64,000 nucleotides of DNA from Eledone cirrhosa (Eukaryota). Each line of letters opens with the position of its first letter. Position 1 is the stretch's first letter. Positions 1 through 11,160 of this stretch are shown here, in pieces. Under the pieces are notes generated by a model, which was not told the origin of the DNA, did not search any database, and was given only the letters and a program-made list of their open reading frames with translations. The position numbers and the translations under genes are program-made. The stretch covers positions 124,001-188,000 of the forward strand of contig CAXHJY010000031.1 of NCBI GenBank assembly GCA_964016885.1, read 5' to 3'.

Positions 1-745
1 TGTTAAATAAATGTGTTAAATAAATGTGTTAAATAAATGTGTTAAATAAATGTGTTAAATAAATGTGTTAAATAAATGTGTTAAATAAAATAAATGTGTT
101 AAATAAATGTGTTAAATAAATGTGTTAAATAAATGTGTTAAATAAATGTGTTAAATAAATGTGTTAAATAAATGTGTTAAATAAATGTGTTAAATAAATG
201 TGTTAAATAAAAGTGTTAAATAAATGTGTTAAATAAATGTGTTAAATAAATGTGTTAAATAAATGTGTTAAATAAATGTGTTAAATAAATGTGTTAAATA
301 AATGTGTTAAATAAATGTGTTAAATAAATGTGTTAAATAAATTGTTAAATAAATGTGTTAAATAAATGTGTTAAATAAATGTGTTAAATAAATGTGTTAA
401 ATAAATGTGTTAAATAAATGTGTTAAATAAATTGTTAAATAAATGTGTTAAATAAATGTGTTAAATAAATGTGTTAAATAAATGTGTTAAATAAATGTGT
501 TAAATAAATGTGTTAAATAAATGTGTTAAATAAATGTGTTAAATAAATGTGTTAAATAAATGTGTTAAGTAAATGTGTTAAGTAAATGTGTTAAGTAAAT
601 TTGTTAAGTAAATGTGTTAAGTAAATGTGTTAAGTAAATGTGTTAAGTAAATGTGTTAAGTAAATGTGTTAAATAAATGTGTTAAATAAATGTGTTAAAT
701 AAATGTGTTAAATAAAAGTGTTAAATAAAAGTGTTAAATAAATGT
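1..745. repeat. 13-bp tandem satellite (TGTTAAATAAATG)n, ~57 units, runs off the left edge
   Basis: Direct reading of the 13-nt period; a block of 8 consecutive A>G variant units (TGTTAAGTAAATG) at ~563-665; occasional indel units. Confidence 0.97.
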
Positions 746-2218
746 CCCAACTTAACTTAACCCCAACTTAAATTAACCCCAACTTAACTTAACCCCAACT
801 TAATTTAACCCCAACTTAACTTAACCCCAACTTAACTTAACCCCAACGTGACTTAACCCCAACGTGACTTAACCCTAACTTGACTTAACTCCAACTTGAC
901 TTAACCCCAACTTGATTTAACCCAAACTTAACTTAACCCCAACTTAACTTAACCCCAACTTAACTTAACCCCAACTTAACGTAACCCCAACTTAACTTAA
1001 CCCCAACTTAACTTAACCCCAACTTAACTTAACCCCAACTTAACTTAACCCCAACTTAACTTACCCCCAATTTAACTTACCCCCAACTTAACGTAACCCC
1101 AACTTAACTTAACCCCAACTTAACTTAACCCCAACTTAACTTAACCCCAACTTAACTTAACCCCAACTTAACTTACCCCCAACTTAACTTACCCCCAATT
1201 TAACTTACCCCCAACTTAACTTAACCCCAACTTAACTTAACCCCAACTTAACCTAACACCAACTTAACTTAACCCCAACTTAACTTAACCCCAACTTAAC
1301 TTAACACCAACTTAACTTAACCCCAACTTAACTTAACACCAACTTAACTTAACCCCAACTTAACTTAACCCCAACTTAACTTAACACAAACTTAACTTAA
1401 CCCCAACTTAACTTAACGCCAACTTAACTTAACCCAAAATTAACTTAACCCCAACTTAACTTAACCCCAACTTAACTTAACCCCAACTTAACTTAACCCA
1501 AACTTAACTTAACCCCAACTTAACTTAACCCAAACTTAACTTAACCCAACCTTAACTTAACCCCAACTTAACTTAACCCCAACTTAACTTAACCCCAACT
1601 TAACTTAACCCCAACTTAACTTAACACCAACTTAACTTAACCCCAACTTAACTTAACACCAACTTAACTTAACACCAACTTAACTTAACACCAACTTAAC
1701 TTAACACCAACTTAACTTAACCCCAACTTAACTTAACACAAACTTAACTTAACCCCAACTTAACTTAACCCCAACTTAACTTAACCCCAACTTAACTTAA
1801 CCCCAACTTAACATAACTCCAACTTAACATAACCCCAACTTAACCCCAACTTAACTTAACCCCAACTTAACTTAACCCCAACTTAACTTAACCCCAACTT
1901 AACTTAACCCCAACTTAACTTAACCCAAACTTAACTTAACCCAAACTTAACTTAACCCCAACTTAACTTAACGCCAACTTAACTTAACCCCAACTTAACT
2001 TAACACCAACTTAACTTAACACCAACTTAACTTAACACCAACTTAACTTAACCCCAACTTAACTTAACGCCAACTTAACTTAACCCCAACTTAACTTAAC
2101 ACCAACTTAACTTAACACCAACTTAACTTAACACCAACTTAACTTAACCCCAACTTAACTTAACACCAACTTAACTTAACCCCAACTTAACTTCACACAA
2201 ACTTAACTTAACCCCAAC
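746..2218 (-). repeat. 16-bp telomere-like satellite (CCCCAACTTAACTTAA)n; minus strand (TTAAGTTAAGTTGGGG)n, ~92 units
   Basis: 16-nt period read directly; variants concentrated in the C-run (CACC, CGCC, CACA, CCCA); strong C/G strand asymmetry. Confidence 0.96.
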
Positions 2219-2784
2219 AGCCTTTTATTTCTACATCTATCACCTAAAGCCACTGTTACGCCGGTAGTATAAGTAGCTTTATAACAAGAAACGATGATAT
2301 AACTCCACAAAATGTGTTCTTCAGCAAGACACTTCACTTCATATTGCTCCAGTACACCGAGTTACACATAGACAGATACATACATACACATATATATGTA
2401 CACAGATAGAAATAAGAGGTAGATGTAAAGAGAGGGAGATAGAGTAAAAGATGTAAAGATAGTGTAAAAGATTTAAAGAGAGGGTGAGAGTGTGACACAC
2501 ATTTATCTGTCTATCTCTCTCTATTTTAACACCGGTCGTTATAATTAGTTTTATAACACCGCTATATTACCGACATGAAAGAGGTAAATAATTTAGAACA
2601 TGTTTCTCTTGTCTTCTTAAATGTATAGAACATGTTTCTTATTTATATTCTTAACATAGCTAGGACTTTATCTCATTTACTGGTCTCTACTTTTAGGATT
2701 TTGCTGGTCCCATGTGCCCTCCATCAAGACACACTCGTCCCTTCTCTTCTTCTCTTAGCCCCCGTACTAATTACTACACATACG

Positions 2785-5060
2785 TATATATATTTATTTT
2801 AAGAAACCTTAATGACAAATAATATAAAGTGTTTGTAAAGTGGGGAAGAGTAGTTTTACGGTGGTGTTGTTATATAGATATCGTTTTTGCAGTGGGGTTG
2901 TGACTGGCGTATAATAATGAGTCACTGTTGATGTATATACAAATCATATTTTGGATATAAGTGAAGTTATTTAAGAGATTTAGTTGTTTTGTATACATTC
3001 CAGTTGTTGTCTCCCTGTTTCTTCTTCAACAACTATAACGGTACGCGATGGGGCCCACCCACAGCCCCGGCGGACAGAATGGAGAAGGCGTTTCCTCGGA
3101 GCACGGCAAGGGAGACGCGCTGGAAAAGCCACTCCAACTCGCGGGGCTCACACCTGCGGCTGGCCAGCTCAGCGCCTGTGGTGGTGAGTAAAGAGGTAGC
3201 CCTGGGGCCGAGGACACCAGAAGTCTCCACTTCCAGGGATACGACCGCAAACCTGTCGGAGAGCGACCGATATGTGAGGAGTTTGGCCCCCTCAGCCTGA
3301 CGTGTAGCAGAACCTGGGCCAGTCGCAGACTGCACCAGGTTGCGGCTGCAGAAAGTGTCGGTGCAAGTGGCATCCCAGACGAGGGGTTTGCCACCGCGGA
3401 ACAGGAAGATGGTCATGCCATCTGGCCTTTTGCCGTCCCCTGGAGCTGGGAAGGGAAGCCTGCAGCGTCCAAGCCATGCTTAATGACTTCGTTGAGGGCA
3501 GCATGGCGTGGATTGCGGCTGGCACTGTGGCGACAGGAAAGCGGGTGGAGGCCGAAAGAGTCCATGGTGGAACGGCAGCGACATTGGTGTGAGGCCGAGC
3601 CTCAGGGAAACGCCGATGCGCAAGCTATGGTTGTCTAGCTGCGTGCGAGTGGAGAAGGAGGGCAGGGCATGGAGCCAGGCACCACTGTGGGGTTTGGAGG
3701 CCGCACGAAAACATACAAGGCGGTGCTGGTCGAGCTGGCGCGTGAGCCTGTCTGAGGCCAGGCTGCACTGGATGGCATCCCAAGTGTGTTGGGGGGACTT
3801 GACGTCAACAGGGGGAGAAGGAGGAGGAACGTCTACTGGGCTAAGTCCCAGCCAGTCCCACGTCTCATAGGCGGCCACGCGTTCTCTGAACACAGAGGGT
3901 TCTGTTGTGTTTTGAAGAACCCTGCTGAGGAGGACGTGGTACTAGGTTACCGACGAAAGATACGCCGGCAAAGCTAGTGAGATCGGGGACTGGAGGCGAA
4001 GGTCGCCAAACCTGACAGGTAAAGTTGCATATCTCATTGGCTGCTGCTCGGATACAAGCATCGAGCTCAGCGAGGAGACATGTCTGGGTGTAGCACAGAG
4101 TGTATAGAGGAGCTTCGGCATGGCGTAGCAGTTCCTCAGCAGAAAGAGAACTGGGTGGCCGTCAATCAAGCCCAGTCGGCTCGTGAGAGTCTGGACTTGA
4201 TGGTGGAGCGGGTGGCCGGCGGGTGGATCGGTGAGGGCATCCTCTTTGGGGGTCACCTGAACCTGGCGGAGAATGGACCGCACGTCCAAGACGGAGACTG
4301 CAAAGCTTGCAGCATTGAGGCTGACATTCACCACATCCGACTTGGCTGAGTTGACCTGGAGGTCGATTCCCGCCAGGGCAGGAACCACCGATTGAAGGTC
4401 ATGGCAGACCGCCTGTACGGGCCCACCCAAAGTAGCATCATCCAGATACCAAACGTTGAGAGGGGCCGTTATACTCCGGGCGATGTGGTCAATACCAAGG
4501 GTGAACAGGAGGGGTCCCAAAGGGTCGCCCTGTTGGATCCCAGTAGCCAAGGGTATGACCGTATCAGCAGCATGGCGCATGCTCGGGGCTCCATATGACA
4601 GGTAGGCAGAGGGGGCTCGGCTGAGGCAGACCTCGAGCAGATGATCCCAGCGTAAAGAGTTGAAGGCATTCCTCATGTCAAACTTGACAATGAGGTGGCT
4701 GGAGGCCCTGGATGCCGGTTCCGAGTGTTACGGACTTGCAGATTACCTTGGCAGCCAGCCTCCGGAAGACATTGCCCACAGCAATGGGGCGTATGCCACC
4801 CTCTTTCTTCCTGAGAGCGGTGAGGCTGGCCGAAAAAAAGAGGCCTCGAGCATAAGAGTCCAGGGCGCCATGGATGAGCCTATTGGTGAGCGCCACAATT
4901 GCACTCAGAAGGCGGCGCCCGGCCTCAGCGGAGAGGGGAGATATCAACTCCTTGAGGAGGCCTGGTCAGAGACCATCAACATCTCCGCAGCTGCTAGCTG
5001 GGAAGGACCTGATGGCGGACATGATGTCTGCATCAGAAGCCACAAGGAGCAAGTGTGGAT
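2785..5060 (-). mobile_element. 5'-truncated, frameshifted CRE-clade non-LTR retrotransposon (RT + restriction-like endonuclease)
   Basis: Minus-strand ORF pieces: IRPIAVGNVFRRLAAK, MRNAFNS, GIQQGDPLGPLLF, WYLDD, SGAWLHALP...SLRLG, RPDG...WDATCTDT, VETSG, FQRVSLAVLRGNA; AATAAA followed by (TA)n near 2785-2798 as probable 3' end. Confidence 0.85.
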
Positions 5061-5124
5061 TACAATACAAAACCTCTGAGAATGATTTCTAAGATATTTC
5101 ACCATAATTAATTTTCATCAATAT

Positions 5125-5400
5125 ATATTAATATTATTATTGTTTATTAGGTCAGGTGGATTGGCCAGAACAATTCTACTCTTCTTTTTTAGATGTCACG
5201 ATTTTTCATGGCATTCCTGAGATCATTAATCTCCAGCTGGAGATCCAGAGACATCTGATGTATGTAGGTGAACCTCAGTCATCCCACTTGGGTCTTACTA
5301 TGTTTAGGTATCCACCACAGGAGCCAGCTCATCAGGTCATCCTACCCTCAGCAGCAATGTCCAGCATCTATAGACTTCCGCTCCCTAGTTATTGTGGTAA
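5125..5400 (-). mobile_element. 3'-end fragment of an RTE-type LINE
   Basis: Manual minus-strand translation AGHCC.G.DDLMSWLLWWIPKH..TQVG..RFTYIHQM..DL...DLRNAMKNRD resembles an RTE C-terminus; (AAT)-rich tail. Confidence 0.6.
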
Positions 5401-5504
5401 TCTTCGATATCTGGGAATATATTTCTTCTGCTTAAGGGAGTAATAAATATATAGTTTTAAAAAAAACATATATATAGACACACATATATATATGTTGTCA
5501 TTTA

Positions 5505-5650
5505 TAAGAGTTCTCTATCAAAAGCCTTCTCTATGTCCAAAGCTAAGTATAGTGGCTTATTTTTCTCTAAGAACCTCTTTTGTAGTTGTCTCACTAAGAA
5601 GAGGGCATCTGTTGCACTTTTCAGCGGCACAAAAGCAAACTGCATCTCAT
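5505..5650 (-). mobile_element. RTE LINE RT fragment
   Basis: EMQFAFVP.KSATDALFLVRQLQKRFLEKNKPLYL..DIEKAFDR; homologous to fragments at 17122-17334 and 53660-53896. Confidence 0.85.
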
Positions 5651-6799
5651 ACACATACATACATATACATATAGCTAGCACTTCCTTAATTCTCCAGTTG
5701 GGCTATCTTGTGTAACTGTCTCTTATTGTGTGTAACTGTCTCCTATTGTTTGTCTTCTATGTATATGAGTCGGTGAGTGTATACGTATGCCTGCGTGAGG
5801 ATATTGATCTGGATATTGGGGTGTACAGGTGAGTGGGTGTGTATGTTAATAAGCACCCCTGTTTGGCACAGCGGATGTAACCCATCCACGCTCGCCTACC
5901 CACCATTGGTGCATTGGTGGTTCTATCCCGACGTGTATCTTGCGGATCTGTACCTCTGTATGCGCATGAGTTATGATGTAATGTATCTATGTAGAGCGTG
6001 TACTGTGATATAGGCTGCACAAATAGAAATTTAGCCTGTAACTGTGGGCGGACCTGTGCCATCTCGCCGTAAGTAGTAGATACGTGGCGCATGTACGTGT
6101 TGCCCTCCTATTCTGTGGTTTAAGATCTACAGGCTGACTTCTGGGAGCTCTTGCCCGGGGTTGTAGTCTTTCTAGCACGATCGGCCTTCCATATATTGAC
6201 GGTCGTTGTTATGATCCCAAAAGTAACGTTTTGGCCCCGATAGCCCTCCGTAGTTACTAACGGTCTGTGTACACTTAAATCGGACAATGGCACATGCGGA
6301 CATGATTATCTCCGTAGGAATTCAATTTGATTTATATTGCTACATCTCATCGTATGTATTTATTTTGAATATATTATCTGTGCTGGTGGGTCTTGCCTAA
6401 TGTGGTATTTCTGTGTTTAATATCAACTTTAACTCGGGTGTCCTACGCTGTGTGTGTGTGCGTGTGTGTCTGTGTATACATTTATATGTGTATGGGTGTA
6501 GGTGGTTGTATATGTCTGTATATAAAAAAATATATATATATGTATACCGTCTCTGCATATGCATGTGGTGTGTATATGTGCATATTGTCTGCCTCTTGCT
6601 GTTGCACGTGAATTCTCCTGGCTTCTCCTACCTTCCTTCGTTTGACCATTGCGAGTGAACTTTTGAGACTGCCCAACCTGGGACGCCTCCATTGCCTTGC
6701 AATGGTCAAGCGATACTGATAACTGTGACACTTAGTGCCTTCGTGGGCACCTGATATATTCAAGAAATATATTCTAAAAAAATATATATCTTATCTCAA

Positions 6800-6955
6800 T
6801 TTACTTTATTTTATTATATAAAATGTATTTGTATGTATGTGTATATATACATATACATACATATATACACATACATACAAATATACATACATACACACAT
6901 ATACATACATATATACACATACACATACATATACATACATATATATATATATATA
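6800..6955. repeat. (TA)/(CATA) microsatellite
   Basis: Direct reading. Confidence 0.9.
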
Positions 6956-7401
6956 ACTCTGGTCTAATTCATCAACTATTGTTAATTATATTATTACGTA
7001 GATTTCTTATAAAATCTAGTGCATATATACGTGTATATATAAAGGGAGACACTGTAATAGATGTAAAGAGAGTGGGAGATAGAGTTATAGAAGTAAAGAG
7101 AGGAGGAGAAATAAGCGGTAGATAGAGTAATAGATGTAAAGAGAGGGTTAGAACGTTCAACTTGACAGTCAGTACAATGTTCAGCATGGTAGCCAGTACA
7201 TCTGCCAACTACCCAACCGGCCAGCCAGCCGTATTTGCGGTTGACTGGCCAGTTGGGCGGTTGGTATGTGGAACGTTCAACTACGCAGTCAGTACCAAAG
7301 TTCAACATTGTAGCCAGTGCATATGCCGATCGCCGCGCCCTCTTTGCTCTATTTTAATGACCTGGAACTAAGTAAAAAGAGTAGGAGATAACTCGACAAG
7401 A

Positions 7402-7487
7402 GCGGAGAGGGTGAGATTCGAACCATGTTAAAGTCGTTGGCTCCTGAAGTTCGTAAGCGGGGCTGCTACTGACTGGGCAATGCCGGC
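7402..7487 (-). pseudogene. tRNA-like sequence (tRNA pseudogene or SINE head)
   Basis: Minus strand GCCGGCATTGCCCAGTCAG (A-box-like) ... GGTTCGAATCTCACCCTCTCCGC (B-box/T-arm-like); acceptor stem does not pair well; T5 about 25 nt downstream. Confidence 0.55.
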
Positions 7488-7694
7488 AGCAAGGCAAATC
7501 GCGCATAAAATAACGCTTATATCGACAAAAAAAAACAAAAATTTCAATGTTGCACTCATGTTTGTTGTTCTTTTATTTTATGTAAACATTTCGCTGCTCT
7601 AGCCTCTTATTTCCTATTAGATTACACTTAATTCCATTAAACATTCATTCTTAGTCTCGTGGTAAACTATTTCATCTATATTTATATCGCTGTT

Positions 7695-10600
7695 ACAGCC
7701 TTTTATTTCTACATCTATCACCTATAGCCACTGTTACGCCGGTAGTATAAGTAGCTTTATAACAAGAAACGATGATATAACTCCACAAAATGTGTTCTTC
7801 AGCAAGACACTTCACTTCATATTGCTCCAGTACACAGAGTTACACATAGACAGGTACATACATACACATATATATGTACACAGATAGAAATAAGTGGTAG
7901 ATGTAAAGAGAGGGAGATAGAGTAAAAGATGTAAAGATAGTGTAAAAGATTTAAAGAGAGGGTGAGAGTGTGACACACATTTATCTGTCTATCTCTCTCT
8001 ATTTTAACACCGGTCGTTATAATTAGTTTTATAACACCGCTATATTACCGACATGAAAGAGGTAAATAATTTAGAACATGTTTCTCTTGTCTTCTTAAAT
8101 GTATAGAACATGTTTCTTATTTATATTCTTAACATAGCTAGGACTTTATCTCATTTACTGGTCTCTACTTTTAGGACTTTGCTGGTCCCATGTGCCCTCC
8201 ATCAAGACACACTCGTCCCTTCTCTTCTTCTCTTAGCCCCCGTACTAATTACTACACATACGTATATATATTTATTTTAAGAAACCTTAATGACAAATAA
8301 TATAAAGTGTTTGTAAAGTGGGGTAGAGTAGTTTTACGGTGGTGTTGTTATATAGATATCGTTTTTGCAGTGGGGTTGTGACTGGCGTATAATAATGAGT
8401 CACTGTTGATGTATATACAAATCATATTTTGGATATAAGTGAAGTTATTTAAGAGATTTAGTTGTTTTGTATACATTCCAGTTGTTGTCTCCCTGTTTCT
8501 TCTTCAACAACTATAACGGTACGCGATGGGGCCCACCCACAGCCCCGGCGGACAGAATGGAGAAGGCGTTTCCTCGGAGCACGGCAAGGGAGACGCGCTG
8601 GAAAAGCCACTCCAACTCGCGGGGCTCACACCTGCGGCTGGCCAGCTCAGCGCCTGTGGTGGTGAGTAAAGAGGTAGCCCTGGGGCCGAGGACACCAGAA
8701 GTCTCCACTTCCAGAGATACGACCGCAAACCTGTCGGAGAGCGACCGATATGTGAGGAGTTTGGCCCCCTCAGCCTGACGTGTAGCAGAACCTGGGCCAG
8801 TCGCAGACTGCACCAGGTTGCGGCTGCAGAAAGTGTCGGTGCAAGTGGCATCCCAGACGAGGGGTTTGCCACCGCGAAACAGGAAGATGGTCATGCCATC
8901 TGGCCTTTTGCCGTCCCCTAGAGCTGGGAAGGGAAGCCTGCAGCGTCCAAGCCATGCTTAATGACTTCGTTGAGGGCAGCATGGCGTGGATTGCGGCTGG
9001 CACTGTGGCGACAGGAAAGCGGGTGGAGGCCGAAAGAGTCCATGGTGGAACGGCAGCAACATTGGTGTGAGGCCGAGCCTCAGGGAAACGCCGATGTGCA
9101 AGCTATGGTTGTCTAGCTGCGTGCGAGTGGAGAAGGAGGGCAGGGCATGGAGCCAGGCACCACTGTGGGGTTTGGAGGCCGCACGAAAACATACAAGGCG
9201 GTGCTGGTCGAGCTGGCGCGTGAGCCTGTCTGAGGCCAGGCTGCACTGGATGGCATCCCAAGTGTGTTGGGGGGACTTGACGTCAACAGGGGGAGAAGGA
9301 GGAGGAACATCTACTGGGCTAAGTCCCAGCCAGTCCCACGTCTCGCAGGCGGCCACGCGTTCTCTGAACACAGAGGGTTCTGTTGTGTTTTGAAGAACCC
9401 TGCTGAGGAGGACGTGGTACTATGTTACCGACGAAAGATACGCCGGCAAAGCTAGTGAGATCGGGGACTGGAGGCGAAGGCCGCCAAACCTGACAGGTAA
9501 AGTTGCATTGACTGCTGCTCGGATACAAGCATCGAGCTCAGCGAGGAGACATGTCTGGGTGTAGCACAGAGTGTATAGAGGAGCTTCGGCATGGCGTAGC
9601 AGTTCCTCAGCAGAAAGAGAACTGGGTGGCCGTCAATCAAGCCCAGTCGGCTCGTGAGAGTCTGGACTTGATGGTGGAGCGGATGGCCGGCGGGTGGATC
9701 GGTGAGGGCATCCTCTTTGGGGGTCACCTGAACCTGGCGGAGAATGGACCGCACGTCCAAGACGGAGACTGTAAAGCTTGCAGCATCGAGGCTGACATTC
9801 ACCACATCCGACTTGGCTGAGTTGACCTGGAGGTCGATTCCCGCCAGGGCAGGAACCACCGATTGAAGGTCATGGCAGACCGCCTGTACGGGCCCACCCA
9901 AAGTAGCATCATCCAGATACCAAACGTTGAGAGGGGCCGTTATACTCTGGGCGATGTGGTCAATACCAAGGATGAACAGGAGGGGTCCCAAAGGGTCGCC
10001 CTGTTGGATCCCAGTAGCCAAGGGTATGACCGTATCAGCAGCATGGCGCATGCTCGGGGCTCCATATGACAGGTAGGCAGAGGGGGCTCGGCTGAGGCAG
10101 ACCTCGAGCAGATGATCCCAGCGTAAAGAGTTGAAGGCATTCCTCATGTCAAACTTGACAATGAGGTGGCTGGAGGCCCTGGATGCCGGTTCCGAGTGTT
10201 ACGGACTTGCAGATTACCTTGGCAGCCAGCCTCCGGAAGACATTGCCCACAGCAATGGGGTGTATGCCACCCTCTTTCTTCCTGAGAGCGGTGAGGCTGG
10301 CCGAAAAAAAGAGGCCTCGAGCATAAGAGTCCAGGGCGCCATGGATGAGCCTATTGGTGAGCGCCACAATTGCACTCAGAAGGCGGCGCCCGGCCTCAGC
10401 GGAGAGGGGAGATATCAACTCCTTGAGGAGGCCTGGTCAGAGACCATCAACATCTCCGCAGCTGCTAGCTGGGAAGGACCTGATGGCGGACATGATGTCT
10501 GCATCAGAAGCCACAAGGAGCAAGTGTGGATTACAATACAAAACCTCTGAGAATGATTTCTAAGATATTTCACCATAATTAATTTTCATCAATATATATT

Positions 10601-11141
10601 AATATTATTATTGTTTATTAGGTCAGGTGGCTTGGCCAGAACAATTCTACTCTTCTTTTTTAGATGTCACGATTTTTCATGGCATTCCTGAGATCATTAA
10701 TCTCCAGCTGGAGATCCAGAGACATCTGATGTATGTAGGTGAACCTCAGTCATCCCACTTGGGTCTTACTATGTTTAGGTATCCACCACAGGAGCCAGCT
10801 CATCAGGTCATCCTACCCTCAGCAGCAATGTCCAGCATCTATTGACTTCCGCTCCGTAGTTATTGTGGTAATCTTCGATATCTGGGAATATATTTCTTCT
10901 GCTTAAGGGAGTAATAAATATATAGTTTTAAAAAAAACATATATATACACACACATATATATATGTTGTCATTTATAAGAGTTCTCTATCAAAAGCCTTC
11001 TCTATGTCCAAAACTAAGTATAGTGGCTTATTTTTCTCTAAGAACCTCTTTTGTAGTTGTCTCACTAAGAAGAGGGCATCTGTTGCACTTTTCAGCGGCA
11101 CAAAAGCAAACTGCATCTCATACACATACATACATATACAT
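7695..11141. repeat. Segmental duplication, proximal copy
   Basis: Matches 2217-5670 with scattered substitutions and a 7-bp deletion. Confidence 0.95.
8263..10531 (-). mobile_element. CRE-clade retrotransposon relic, second copy
   Basis: Same RT (9452-10147, 10149-10418) and RLE (8511-8894) ORF fragments. Confidence 0.85.
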
Positions 11142-11160
11142 ACATACATACATATACATA

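Larger units (their letters stand above)
2217..5670. repeat. Segmental duplication, distal copy (~3.45 kb; partner 7695-11141)
   Basis: ORF tracks repeat at offset 5478, then 5471 after a 7-bp indel near 4031; sequences near-identical from ACAGCCTTTTATTT to the (CATA) tract. Confidence 0.95.

Noticed and set aside
1-2218. CRISPR-like array
   Set aside because: Contiguous tandem units with no unique spacers, no cas genes, eukaryotic context.
2785-5060. Active telomere-elongating retrotransposon array (HeT-A/TART-like)
   Set aside because: Copies are frameshifted, share identical truncations, are separated by kb of unrelated DNA, and have 3' ends facing the putative terminus, opposite to HeT-A/TART.
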